From Elusimicrobiota bacterium (GTDB lineage: Bacteria > Elusimicrobiota > Elusimicrobia > Elusimicrobiales > UBA9959), in the NCBI GenBank assembly GCA_027340875.1, contig DAIENX010000024.1:1-48796 (forward strand): a stretch of DNA of 48,796 nucleotides. The letters run 5' to 3'. Under the pieces are notes generated by a model. That model saw only the letters and a program-made list of their open reading frames with translations. It was not told where the DNA came from and did not search any database. Position numbers and translations under genes: made by a program. This document shows positions 11,218 to 20,325 of this stretch, piece after piece (within the stretch, counting starts at the first letter, position 1; every line of letters begins with the position of its first letter).

Positions 11218-13023
11218 ATGAAAAAGTCATTCCGCGCGGCGTCGTTGCTTCCTTCTCTTCTGATAGCCTCGAGCATGGTGTTCGCTTCCGACGGCTCCGT
11301 CATGCGGCTGTCGGATGCCGACGACGCCGTCAATAAGCTCATGCAGGAGCAGAAAGAATTCAACGGTCAGCAGCCCGGTGGTAACCACGGCGGTCCCAGC
11401 GGTGGTAATACCGGGTCTCAGCCGCAGCCTCAGCCTCAATCCCAACCCCAGCCGCAGCCGCAACCGGTGGATACCACCCAGGCGTATAATGCCGGCCTGA
11501 GGGACGGCGCCGACAGAGGCATTTGGGAAGGAAGGCGCGAGGGCCACAGGGACGGTATCCGCGCCGGCGAGATGGACGGCCGCAGGAACGGTATTTATGA
11601 CGGCGACAGGAACGGCCGCGCCGCCGGCAGGCGGGACGGCTGGGGCGTCGACCAGGCCGCCGGAACCCTGAACGGGAGCCGGGACGGCCAGAACGCCGGA
11701 ACCAGCAACGGCACCGCCGCCGGCCAGAAGCGCTGCTATGACGAAGGTTATGCCGGCGGCTACAACGCCGTCTACGCGGCGGCGAAGGAAGAGGGCGAGA
11801 AGGACCCCGCTTCTTACAAGGCGGGCTACGCCAAGGGCCAGGCCGACGCGGCGGTCATAGAGGTGGAGAACGGTCAGAAGGCCGGCTACCAGGCCGGGTT
11901 CAGCCAGCGCGAGACCGAGATACAGAACTCCTTAACGACCAAAGAAGCCGTCAGGGGTCTCCTCGAGAAGAGCATCCTGGAGCTGGACGGCAGGAAGACG
12001 CTGCCTATAGAGCTGGTCCGCGCCGGGTATACTACCCCGGAAGAGACGCAGGCCTACAATAACGGCTATAGAGAGGGCTATCAGAACGCCTACAGGCGCG
12101 CGTACGAGGAAGGCAAGCGGGAAGGCTACCGCGAGAGCTACGATATGGCCTACAGGCGCGCCTACGACGAGCAGTACGCCATAAGCTACCGCGAGGGCTA
12201 TATCGAGGGAAAACAGGCCGGCTACCAGGCGGCTTATTCCGCGGCGTATGATTCGGCGTACGCGGCTTATTATCAGGAATACAGCAACAGGGAATACGCC
12301 GCCCAGAGGGCCCAGGGGAACAAAGACGGGCGTGTCGCGGGCCAGAGGGAAGGCTTCGCGGACGGCTGCGCCGAGGCTACCAAGCGCGGCTATAAAGAAG
12401 GCTACGAGAAGATGGCCGCCCAGGTCTACCCCGGCGCTTTCGAGGCCGGCAAGAAGGCCGGCATAGCCGCGGCCGACAAGTATTACCGGGAGAACGCGGT
12501 CCTGAAGATCGCCTCCGTTTCGCTCTACGACGAGAACGGCAACGGCCAGTTCGAGGCGGGCGAAAACGTGCTGATGCGGGCCGAGATAAAGAACTTCGGC
12601 TTCCAGCCTTCGGGCAACATCGCCATAACGGCCAGGAGCGAGCGCGGCGATATAACCATCGCGCCCAATCTGAGCGCCGCCGGAGTGGCCGGCCGGACTA
12701 CGACCGTGGCGAATGTCCGGATCGGCAAGCTCTTCGACGTCGCCGCCCCCGGCGCCGACGCCATCTACGCGACGTTCACGGAAAAAGGCAAGTCTATCGG
12801 GGATTCACGCCAGCCGTATACCATCGTGAACAACAACAAGGTCGGCATCGTCCTGAGGGACAACGCCCCGGTGGCGGGGGTAACGGTCAGCGGCCTGAAA
12901 GCCGGCGACAGGGTGCTGATACTCGCCGACGACGGGGACTTTTACGAGGTCCGCAAGGCCGAGAACAGCACCGTGAAATGGACCGAGAGCGTGATGTACA
13001 AGAAATACATCAGGCTGCAATAA
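11218..13023 (+). CDS. Exported protein: PQ linker, long Gly/Tyr (GYxxG) helical repeats, Ig/CARDB-like domain and a possible SH3-like C-terminus
   Basis: Signal peptide, QPQPQP, repeated GYxxGYxxG, DENGNGQFEAGE, EIKNFGFQPSGNI. Confidence 0.75.
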   Translation: MKKSFRAASLLPSLLIASSMVFASDGSVMRLSDADDAVNKLMQEQKEFNGQQPGGNHGGPSGGNTGSQPQPQPQSQPQPQPQPVDTTQAYNAGLRDGADRGIWEGRREGHRDGIRAGEMDGRRNGIYDGDRNGRAAGRRDGWGVDQAAGTLNGSRDGQNAGTSNGTAAGQKRCYDEGYAGGYNAVYAAAKEEGEKDPASYKAGYAKGQADAAVIEVENGQKAGYQAGFSQRETEIQNSLTTKEAVRGLLEKSILELDGRKTLPIELVRAGYTTPEETQAYNNGYREGYQNAYRRAYEEGKREGYRESYDMAYRRAYDEQYAISYREGYIEGKQAGYQAAYSAAYDSAYAAYYQEYSNREYAAQRAQGNKDGRVAGQREGFADGCAEATKRGYKEGYEKMAAQVYPGAFEAGKKAGIAAADKYYRENAVLKIASVSLYDENGNGQFEAGENVLMRAEIKNFGFQPSGNIAITARSERGDITIAPNLSAAGVAGRTTTVANVRIGKLFDVAAPGADAIYATFTEKGKSIGDSRQPYTIVNNNKVGIVLRDNAPVAGVTVSGLKAGDRVLILADDGDFYEVRKAENSTVKWTESVMYKKYIRLQ

Positions 13024-13095
13024 AGGAACTGTTCGCCGCCGGCCGCGCTGCGGGATCGTCCCGCGGAGCGGCCGGCGGGATAGCTGGAGGGAATT

Positions 13096-14022
13096 ATGCG
13101 GCGGCCTTACGGCGTTACGCTAACCGCGGCAGCCCTGGCGGTCCTGCTGGCAGCCGGCTCCGCCGCGGCCGGGGATAAGAGCATATATGGAGCGGACGAC
13201 CGCCGGGACTATTATGAGCTGACCCCCGCACAGCGGGCGCTGGCCGATTCCACCGTGTCTTTGTGGGACGCTGAGGACGTGGAGCAGGTCCCAGGCGGCG
13301 CGCTGCTGAACGCCGGCAGTTTCGGCGAAACTTACGGGCTCTGTCCCGGAGTAAGGTTCGCGGAACAGCCTTCGGGGGCATATTGCTCCGGCGCGCTGGT
13401 GGGCGAGGACCTGGTGCTCACCGCCGGCCACTGCGTAACCAGCGTTGCGCGCTGCGCCGAGACCAGGGTGGTGTTCGGTTTCGCCGTAAAGCGTGAAGGC
13501 GGTTCCCCGGCGACGGTTCTGCCCGCTGGCGAGGTTTATTCCTGCGCCGGCATAGTGGCGCGCCTGGCGCCTCAGCCGCCCGGCCCCGGCATAAAGCCGT
13601 CAGGGGCGGATTACGCCGTCATCCGTCTGGACCGCAGGGCGGCCGGCCATGCGCCGCTTCCCGTAAACCGCGGCGCCGGTCCGCGGCCGGGGGACGGTCT
13701 TTTCATCATAGGCCACCCGGCCGGGCTGCCGCTGAAACTGGCCGACGGCGCGGCGGTGCGCGACGCCTCCGGCGGGGAGATCTTCACCGCCGACCTGGAC
13801 GCCTTCGGCGGCAATTCCGGCTCACCGGCGTTCAACGCCCGGACCCGCCTGATAGAGGGCGTACTTACGCGCGGCGGGAACGATTTCCTGGACACCCCGC
13901 AGAACTGCCTTGTTCCGGCCGTCTACCCGCAGAACGGCGGCCGCGGCGAGGACGTCACCCGGGTCCAGGCTGCTGCGGCGTTTATTCCGCTTCTTCCGGC
14001 CGAAGCCGGACAGGCGCGATAG
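13096..14022 (+). CDS. Secreted trypsin-like serine protease
   Basis: Signal peptide, IYGADDR, CSGALV..LTAGHC, DYAVIRL, GGNSGSP triad motifs. Confidence 0.92.
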   Translation: MRRPYGVTLTAAALAVLLAAGSAAAGDKSIYGADDRRDYYELTPAQRALADSTVSLWDAEDVEQVPGGALLNAGSFGETYGLCPGVRFAEQPSGAYCSGALVGEDLVLTAGHCVTSVARCAETRVVFGFAVKREGGSPATVLPAGEVYSCAGIVARLAPQPPGPGIKPSGADYAVIRLDRRAAGHAPLPVNRGAGPRPGDGLFIIGHPAGLPLKLADGAAVRDASGGEIFTADLDAFGGNSGSPAFNARTRLIEGVLTRGGNDFLDTPQNCLVPAVYPQNGGRGEDVTRVQAAAAFIPLLPAEAGQAR

Positions 14023-14059
14023 CGCTGGCATGAGTAACTATTTTGCTGTTTTGTTACTA

Positions 14060-14112
14060 ATTTCAACGTAAGTCGCAAGACCCTTGTTCGGTCAAGTCAT
14101 TGCGGTTAAACT
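14060..14112 (+). promoter_or_regulatory. Sigma70-like promoter with a 16-bp dyad box overlapping the -35
   Basis: TAAGTC-GCAA-GACCCT, then TTGTTC-N17-TAAACT. Homologous to 20231-20283. Confidence 0.6.
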
Positions 14113-14159
14113 ATGCAGCAAGAAGATCCGGGAAAACGGCTGATAGCGGAGGTAACCTT

Positions 14160-14774
14160 ATGAAAACGAGAATGGCGGTAGTCGCGGTGCTGACGGTTGC
14201 GGCGGGCGTGTTCGTCTACACGCGGCCGCACAACCACATCCCCACCGACCTGCGCGACGCGCCGGCGGACACCTGGAGCGACGGCACGGCCATGGGCCAG
14301 CTCGACGCCAAACACGCAGCCTCCGATATCAACGTCCCGGAACCCAAGGCGGCCGAGGCCGCCGGTTCGGGAGAAAAGGGGTTCTTTCAGTCATGGCCCA
14401 AGGACAAGGTCTTCACGTACGTAAGCCGGCGGTATGAAAACACGGGCGAAGCGGAAAAGTCGCGGGAAGGCTTCCTTTCCCGTCTGAAGGAAGTCAAAGC
14501 GGAGATCGTGAATGCTCCGGCCGTCGTTAAGGACAAGTCCGGGCATTATTACAAAGTTTCATTCCTCTCAAAAGAGATGCGGTGCGTGTGCTACAACAGC
14601 AAGGAGACGTTCACGTCAGAGTATAACGCTCTTTCAGCCATGATGGAGAAGGGCAATAGCCTGACGGATGACAAAGCCATAATCGCGGCCACGGATGTAA
14701 TCCCGACAGGAGAAAAGTCGTTCTCTTACAGGATTGTGTACTTTGAGAAGGCGTTTTTCAAACCTTGGTTCTAA
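14160..14774 (+). CDS. HIPxDLRDA-leader family protein 1, unknown cargo
   Basis: MKTRMAVVAVLTVAAGVFVYTRPHNHIPTDLRDA after a GGAGG RBS. Confidence 0.85.
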   Translation: MKTRMAVVAVLTVAAGVFVYTRPHNHIPTDLRDAPADTWSDGTAMGQLDAKHAASDINVPEPKAAEAAGSGEKGFFQSWPKDKVFTYVSRRYENTGEAEKSREGFLSRLKEVKAEIVNAPAVVKDKSGHYYKVSFLSKEMRCVCYNSKETFTSEYNALSAMMEKGNSLTDDKAIIAATDVIPTGEKSFSYRIVYFEKAFFKPWF

Positions 14775-14815
14775 GGGGACACAATACTCAATTCCGAAAT
14801 TAGCGCTGTGTCCCC
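14775..14815. repeat. REP-like hairpin, copy 1
   Basis: GGGGACACA-ATACTCAATT-CCGA-AATTAGCGC-TGTGTCCCC. Confidence 0.6.
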
Positions 14816-14858
14816 GGTTCCGGGAGCGCGGAGGCGGTTGATTTCAGGAGGAAACATT

Positions 14859-15680
14859 ATGAAAACGAAAATAGCGCTAGTTGCGGTATTGACGGTTACC
14901 GCGGGCGCGTTCTTCTACGCGCGGCCACACAATCACATCCCCTCCGACCTGCGCGACGCCCCGGCTGACAACGCCGTCGCCTTCGGGGAGCTCAAAAGCG
15001 GCTCCAGCGGCGTTGAAGCCCCCGTACCGGCGGAACCGGCGGCCGTGGAGGCGCCGGCGCCGGAAAGCGCCGATATCCGCGCCCGGGCGCTCCCGGTATC
15101 GGAGATCTTCAATACGGCGTCGGAAAAGAGCGCCGATCGCTCGGCGCGGGCAGCGTTGACGAAGAGCGCCGCTCCCGCTAGCCGTGAATACGCCCCGGAG
15201 GAACTGGGCCCATTGCGGCTGGCTCCCGGAGAGGCCCCTTTCGAAAAGCTCCGGGAAATGTTCAGCAAAGGCGTTCCCGCCACGCAGAAAGACATGGACG
15301 GCATCCGGGTAGGGCGGTTCGTCACGGCGAACGGCGACGTCTACGGCAAGCTTCTGGGGTGCTACGCCGGCCGGATAACCGGGCGCGTCAGGGTGAGGGA
15401 TATGGCGGCGAAGCGTCATGTCGGGGCGGATTATTTTGAGCACGTTCGGACGATCTGGGCCGTGCTGGAACACTACGAAGTCGCCGACAGATGGGATATA
15501 AAGTTTCCCGAGGCCATAGCCGCGTACGAAGAGGATAAAGAACTGATACAGGAATTCCGCGTCTCCGACGGCTGGATCGTGGCCGAGATGAGGAGGCATG
15601 GGGAACCAGGCGCGGTGGCGTACAGCTACTACTTCATACTCAGGAAAATACCAGCCAGGAACGCCCCCACGATATTTTAA
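14859..15680 (+). CDS. HIPxDLRDA-leader family protein 2, unknown cargo
   Basis: MKTKIALVAVLTVTAGAFFYARPHNHIPSDLRDA after an AGGAGG RBS. Confidence 0.85.
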   Translation: MKTKIALVAVLTVTAGAFFYARPHNHIPSDLRDAPADNAVAFGELKSGSSGVEAPVPAEPAAVEAPAPESADIRARALPVSEIFNTASEKSADRSARAALTKSAAPASREYAPEELGPLRLAPGEAPFEKLREMFSKGVPATQKDMDGIRVGRFVTANGDVYGKLLGCYAGRITGRVRVRDMAAKRHVGADYFEHVRTIWAVLEHYEVADRWDIKFPEAIAAYEEDKELIQEFRVSDGWIVAEMRRHGEPGAVAYSYYFILRKIPARNAPTIF

Positions 15681-15714
15681 GCGGGCGCGGCGCGCTGAAA
15701 AGCGAGGCAACCTT

Positions 15715-16668
15715 ATGAAAACGAGAATGGCGGTAGTCGCGGTACTGACGGTTGCGGCGGGCGTGTTCTTCTACACGCGGCCCCACAGCCACATCCCCTC
15801 CGACCTGCGCGACGCCCCGGCGGACAACGCCATAGGACAACTCGACTCCGGGCGCTCCGCGGACAAACTGGCCCTGCCGGTCCCGGTGACCGCCAGGGCG
15901 GGCGCCAACGTCCTGGCCCCGGCCAAGGCCATACAGTTGCGCGCCGCAGCCGGACAGTTCGACCCGTCGGCCTACTCCGTCTCGATGGCCGTCACCTGTT
16001 CGTATCTGGGCGGCATCTGGGCCCACCAGCACGACTGCGGCAGCCGCGCGCCCAAGGCCGAGCTCACCGCCGACGGCCGCCTGCTGCTGCCGGCCATAGA
16101 GGCTTTCGACGGCCGCGGCGGCTCCGACCCCGCCAACTTCGACCTGACGGTCACTCTCAGGAAGAAGAGCGACGGATCCACGCTGTTCACCCTGGGGGCC
16201 CGCGGCCGGGACGGCCTGGCGGCCTACGCCCTCAAGGCCGGAGCCATCAGCCTGGTACAGTTCGACCCGGCCAGAGTGGAAGTTTTCGTGGAGGGGAAAC
16301 CTCTGGCTGGCTCCGAACTCTCCCGCGACAAAATCGCTGTGCTGATGGCTTTCCTGGACCGCGAGCATACCTCGGCGGGCGACATAGACCAGGTAATCCT
16401 CGATACCCCGCTGACAGGGATACGCAGCTTCGACAACGCGCAACACAGCTATCCGAAGACCCCGCTCTCGCAGTTCCAGGCGCTCGAGTTCGAGCGTGGC
16501 GTCATAGCCGAATGGGCCGACAGTCCCCGCCCATGGGCTCTTTCCGCGGACCTCAGGCTGAGCCTGACCTATACCGTGATCGATAGCTACCGCGGCCGCG
16601 CCGAGATAACCAAGACGGTCGACGGCCTTGCCAGGATAGGCCGCATAGACCTGAAGAAAAAGAACTGA
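15715..16668 (+). CDS. HIPxDLRDA-leader family protein 3, unknown beta-rich cargo
   Basis: MKTRMAVVAVLTVAAGVFFYTRPHSHIPSDLRDA after a GAGG RBS. Confidence 0.85.
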   Translation: MKTRMAVVAVLTVAAGVFFYTRPHSHIPSDLRDAPADNAIGQLDSGRSADKLALPVPVTARAGANVLAPAKAIQLRAAAGQFDPSAYSVSMAVTCSYLGGIWAHQHDCGSRAPKAELTADGRLLLPAIEAFDGRGGSDPANFDLTVTLRKKSDGSTLFTLGARGRDGLAAYALKAGAISLVQFDPARVEVFVEGKPLAGSELSRDKIAVLMAFLDREHTSAGDIDQVILDTPLTGIRSFDNAQHSYPKTPLSQFQALEFERGVIAEWADSPRPWALSADLRLSLTYTVIDSYRGRAEITKTVDGLARIGRIDLKKKN

Positions 16669-16676
16669 CGCGGACC

Positions 16677-16712
16677 GGGCACATTATTTAATCCGGCAGG
16701 AGTGTTGTGTTC
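16677..16712. repeat. REP-like hairpin, degenerate copy 2
   Basis: GGGCACATTATTTAATCCG...GAGTGTTGTGTTC resembles 14775-14815, and both are followed by GTTCC(C/G)GG(A/G)AGC. Confidence 0.4.
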
Positions 16713-16751
16713 ACCGTTCCCGGAAGCAGTCGATCGCGCGGCGGCGGCATT

Positions 16752-18209
16752 ATGAAAAGCAAGATCGCAGTGGTTGCGGTATTGACGTTTACGGCGGGCG
16801 CGTTCTTTTACGCGCGGCCGCGCAACCACATCCCCTCCGACCTGCGCGACGCGGTGGCGGACAGCGGCGCCATGTCGGAACTTAAAACCGCAGGCCAGGA
16901 CATGTACGGGCAGGAACAGGTCCCCGCGCCGGCGGAGGCCGCTCCGGCCGCCGCTGAGGAGACCGCGCAAAAAGGCCTGCCATCCGCGCCTGCCGCCGTC
17001 AGAGAATGGACCGTTATGGTCTTCATGAGCGCCCGCAACAACCTGGGCGACAGCCGTATGCTCGGGTTAGCCGGGAAATTCGACAAAAAAGACCTGGCCG
17101 AAATGGCCCGCGTGGGCAGCACGGACAAAGTGAACGTGGTGGTAGAGCACGCCTCCAACGGCAAGCCGGCGCGGCGCCTGCTTATTACGAAAGGCGGCTC
17201 CGTCCCCTACGGGGAGTTCCCCGGCGCCGACATGGGCGACTACAACCGCTTGGCGGATTTCGCCGTCTGGACCAAGCGTGCTTTCCCGGCGAAGCGCTAT
17301 ATGCTGGTGGTCTGGGGCCACGGCCTCGGCTGGCTGGACCCCGCCAGGCGGCGACCGGAGGGCGGAGGGAACAAAGGGGTAGCTTTTGACGACGAGACCG
17401 GCAATTACATCCGCACGCGCCAGCTGGGCGAGGCGTTGCGCAGGATAGGGCATGTGGACGTGCTCATGCAGCACGCCTGCCTGATGCAGACGGCGGAAGT
17501 GCTCTACGAGCTGAAGGACGACGTGGGGCTGTTCGTGGGTTCGGAGGAGGAAATGCTGGCCCTGGGCTACGAGTATGACAAGCTGCTGGCCTTCCTGAAC
17601 GCCGATCCCGGGGCGACCTACGGCCGGCTCTCCGCGTTCCTCATGGCCAAACAGCGCGAGTACTTCGTCGCAGGCCTGCCGGTGGGCCCGGTCCGCGTCT
17701 CGCTCGAAGCCAAAGGGGCCACGCTCTCGGCGGTGCGCGGCGAGGCGCTTAAAGAGCTGCCTGCATATCTGGACGCTTTCGCGGACGCGGCCATGCGCAA
17801 CAGGGAGGAAGCCGCGGTGAAGAAGGCAGTATCCGCTGTGATACGGTTTGCCAGCCTCTACGCCGACGACGAGGATAAGCTGATGTCGCCCGGCATGGAC
17901 CTCTATGATTTTGCCCGCATAGTCGGCGCCAACGCCGAGAACCCGGAAACAAAGCGGGCCGCCGCCGGGCTGGCCGCTTTCATAAAGAACAGGCTGGTTG
18001 TGGATAGTGTCGGCATTAACCGCGACCGACGTAATGACTACACCTATGCGAAAGTGGGCGGCATCGCCATCAACATGACGCTGAAGGCGAAAAGTTTCCC
18101 GGCCAGTTTCGCGGGCGCTTTCGATGGCGAATACCGGGACCTGGCGCTCTCGAAGGATTCCCGCTGGGACGAGTTCGTGGAGTGGACGGACCGCGTCTGG
18201 CGCAGGTAA
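16752..18209 (+). CDS. HIPxDLRDA-leader family protein 4: clostripain (C11) peptidase cargo
   Basis: Leader, then EWTVMVFMSARNNL, ADMGDY, FPAKRYMLVVWGHGLGW, HACLMQ, GSEEE. Confidence 0.9.
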   Translation: MKSKIAVVAVLTFTAGAFFYARPRNHIPSDLRDAVADSGAMSELKTAGQDMYGQEQVPAPAEAAPAAAEETAQKGLPSAPAAVREWTVMVFMSARNNLGDSRMLGLAGKFDKKDLAEMARVGSTDKVNVVVEHASNGKPARRLLITKGGSVPYGEFPGADMGDYNRLADFAVWTKRAFPAKRYMLVVWGHGLGWLDPARRRPEGGGNKGVAFDDETGNYIRTRQLGEALRRIGHVDVLMQHACLMQTAEVLYELKDDVGLFVGSEEEMLALGYEYDKLLAFLNADPGATYGRLSAFLMAKQREYFVAGLPVGPVRVSLEAKGATLSAVRGEALKELPAYLDAFADAAMRNREEAAVKKAVSAVIRFASLYADDEDKLMSPGMDLYDFARIVGANAENPETKRAAAGLAAFIKNRLVVDSVGINRDRRNDYTYAKVGGIAINMTLKAKSFPASFAGAFDGEYRDLALSKDSRWDEFVEWTDRVWRR

Positions 18210-18249
18210 ACGGATTGCATAAAGTGGATGGTTTCAGTGAGGTGACCTT

Positions 18250-19131
18250 ATGAAAACGAAAATAACCTTAGTTGCGGTATTGGCGGTAACCGCGGGCGCG
18301 TTCTTCTACGCGCGGCCGCACAATCATATACCCTCCGACCTGCGCGACGCCCCGGCGGACACCTGGAGCGACGGCACGGCCATGGGCCAGCTGGACGCCA
18401 GACACGGCGCTTCGGAGATAAAGGCGCCCGATCCCAAGGCGGCCGCGGCCGGGGAAGAGTTCGCCGGGCGTAGGCCGCTCGCGCCCGGTTCCGTCCTCTA
18501 CGGAAAGCGCATAGACCGCCAGACCTTTTCCGCAGGCCTTTCTCTTGACCCCGCAACTTTTCGTGACCGCAGCGAGAGCCTGACTAAAGAGGTGGTTTAC
18601 CAGGCTTTCAAGGGGAAAGGGATGACGATCCTCTCTTATCGCGACCACTACTCCGTCCGCCATGCGGAATTCGTGGCTACCGGCAAGCCGGACAGCCGTA
18701 AGATCATCAAGGCGCTGGAAGCCCTCCCCGAGGTGGCCGAGGTGCGGGAGAAAGAGGCTTTCAGCGGGCCGGTGCGTTTAGCAATTGCATTTAAGGACGG
18801 AATTTATCCGCCAAGGCTGAAGGAGATCTTTGATATGTTCGCGGACCTCGAAGTGGCGCACGCCATCACGTACGGGAAGGGGGAATACGGGGACGTGCGG
18901 AACGCTATAGATGTGGAGATAGAGGTGACGGGCAACCCGGAAAGAGCGGCGATGTGGCTGCTTAAGAACATGTACGGCATAAAAAAAGAGAAGAACGGCA
19001 TGAAGCTGGCCGGGATAAACATGATGACCTTCTCTCCCGGAAGCGTGGATACAGAAGCGCTGGGAGTGGCCACCTGCATGGGCGACACCTGCACAGTGTC
19101 GAAAATAGGCGACCGCGCCGGAGAAAAGTAG
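18250..19131 (+). CDS. HIPxDLRDA-leader family protein 5, unknown cargo
   Basis: MKTKITLVAVLAVTAGAFFYARPHNHIPSDLRDA after a GAGGTG RBS. Confidence 0.85.
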   Translation: MKTKITLVAVLAVTAGAFFYARPHNHIPSDLRDAPADTWSDGTAMGQLDARHGASEIKAPDPKAAAAGEEFAGRRPLAPGSVLYGKRIDRQTFSAGLSLDPATFRDRSESLTKEVVYQAFKGKGMTILSYRDHYSVRHAEFVATGKPDSRKIIKALEALPEVAEVREKEAFSGPVRLAIAFKDGIYPPRLKEIFDMFADLEVAHAITYGKGEYGDVRNAIDVEIEVTGNPERAAMWLLKNMYGIKKEKNGMKLAGINMMTFSPGSVDTEALGVATCMGDTCTVSKIGDRAGEK

Positions 19132-19155
19132 CCGCAATTTTTTCAGGAATTATCC

Positions 19156-19195
19156 GGACCGGATACTCAGCTTGGTTGAATTGAGCATTCGGTCC
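19156..19195. repeat. REP-like hairpin, copy 3
   Basis: GGACCGGATACTCA...TGAGCATTCGGTCC imperfect inverted repeat sharing the ATACTCA core with copy 1. Confidence 0.5.
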
Positions 19196-19233
19196 TCGGC
19201 TCCCTTCAAATTTCCCGCGGCAAAGGCCGGCAT

Positions 19234-20193
19234 ATGGCGAAGAACAAAGGCGTTAACGCGGCGGCAATGGCCGCCCTTCTCCAGCTCGCGGCCGGCTCCG
19301 GCGGCGCGGCTCCGGCCTTTGTATATCTGCGCGGCTATCCGGGCGACATCCTCTATGCCGACGGCTCGCGGACCCTGGACATCACCCCGCCAGGTTTCGC
19401 GCGCAAGGCCGGCAACCCCTCCGTGTCGCCGGACGGGAAAAGGGTGGTCTTTCCCGCCAACCTCGACGACAACTGGGACCTGTACCTGGGGGAGTTCGAC
19501 GGCTCGCGGCTGGCCGGCGTCCGGCCGCTGACGCGGACGCCGCGGGACCGAGAGGAGGACCCCAGGTTCTCCCCGGACGGGAAACGGATCGCCTACCGGG
19601 GCGGCTCCAACGCCTCGTCCCGGATCTTCATCCATGAATTGTCCACGGGACGTTCCCGGCAGGTGACCACGGACGCCGCCGGCGAGGAATGGGCGCCGGC
19701 TTTCAGCCCGGACGGCAAATGGCTGGCCTTCACGCGCGGCACATCGAGGACCGAGCCGCGCGCGGACGTTTACCTGGTCCCGGTTTCTGGCGGCCCCGCG
19801 CGCCGGCTGACATATAACGGCGGGGTGGACTGGTACCCTTCCTTCTGCGCCGACGGCACGCTGGTGTACGTCTCGCAGCGCGGGGACGGCAATGACGACG
19901 ACCTTTACGCCATTCCGCCCGGACGCCTTGGCGAGCCAAGGCCGGACGACTTTGCCCGGCGCCTGCCGGTAAATTCCCACGCCAGCGAGGCCGACCCGGT
20001 CTGTTTCGCGGAGGGCGGCGCCGGTCTGGCTTATGTCTCGAACGCTTCCGGGCGGTACGCGGTTTATATCTGGGCCCCGCCGGCGGCGGCGTCCGCGGCG
20101 GCGTCCGACCCCGGCGGCGACCTGCTTGGCCCGGTTATCATCGCCGGCGGAAAGCCGAAGGCGGCCGCGGAACAGGACACGGCGAGGAATTAG
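19234..20193 (+). CDS. TolB-like PD40 (WD40-like) beta-propeller protein
   Basis: Repeated PSVSPDGKRVVF, PRFSPDGKRIAY, PAFSPDGKWLAF. Confidence 0.85.
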   Translation: MAKNKGVNAAAMAALLQLAAGSGGAAPAFVYLRGYPGDILYADGSRTLDITPPGFARKAGNPSVSPDGKRVVFPANLDDNWDLYLGEFDGSRLAGVRPLTRTPRDREEDPRFSPDGKRIAYRGGSNASSRIFIHELSTGRSRQVTTDAAGEEWAPAFSPDGKWLAFTRGTSRTEPRADVYLVPVSGGPARRLTYNGGVDWYPSFCADGTLVYVSQRGDGNDDDLYAIPPGRLGEPRPDDFARRLPVNSHASEADPVCFAEGGAGLAYVSNASGRYAVYIWAPPAAASAAASDPGGDLLGPVIIAGGKPKAAAEQDTARN

Positions 20194-20230
20194 CGCGGCT
20201 CCGGGAGTTAATTCGCCGCGTTTAGTTCGC

Positions 20231-20283
20231 ATTTCAACGTAGGTCAATGGACCCTTGGCGGCGCCGCTCCCCGCGCGTAAACT
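20231..20283 (+). promoter_or_regulatory. Sigma70-like promoter with a 16-bp dyad box overlapping the -35
   Basis: ATTTCAACG-TAGGTC-AATG-GACCCT, then TTGGCG-N17-TAAACT. Confidence 0.6.
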
Positions 20284-20325
20284 ATGGAAAGCGGGAATGC
20301 TGGCAGACGGCGGAATTGAGGCGTT

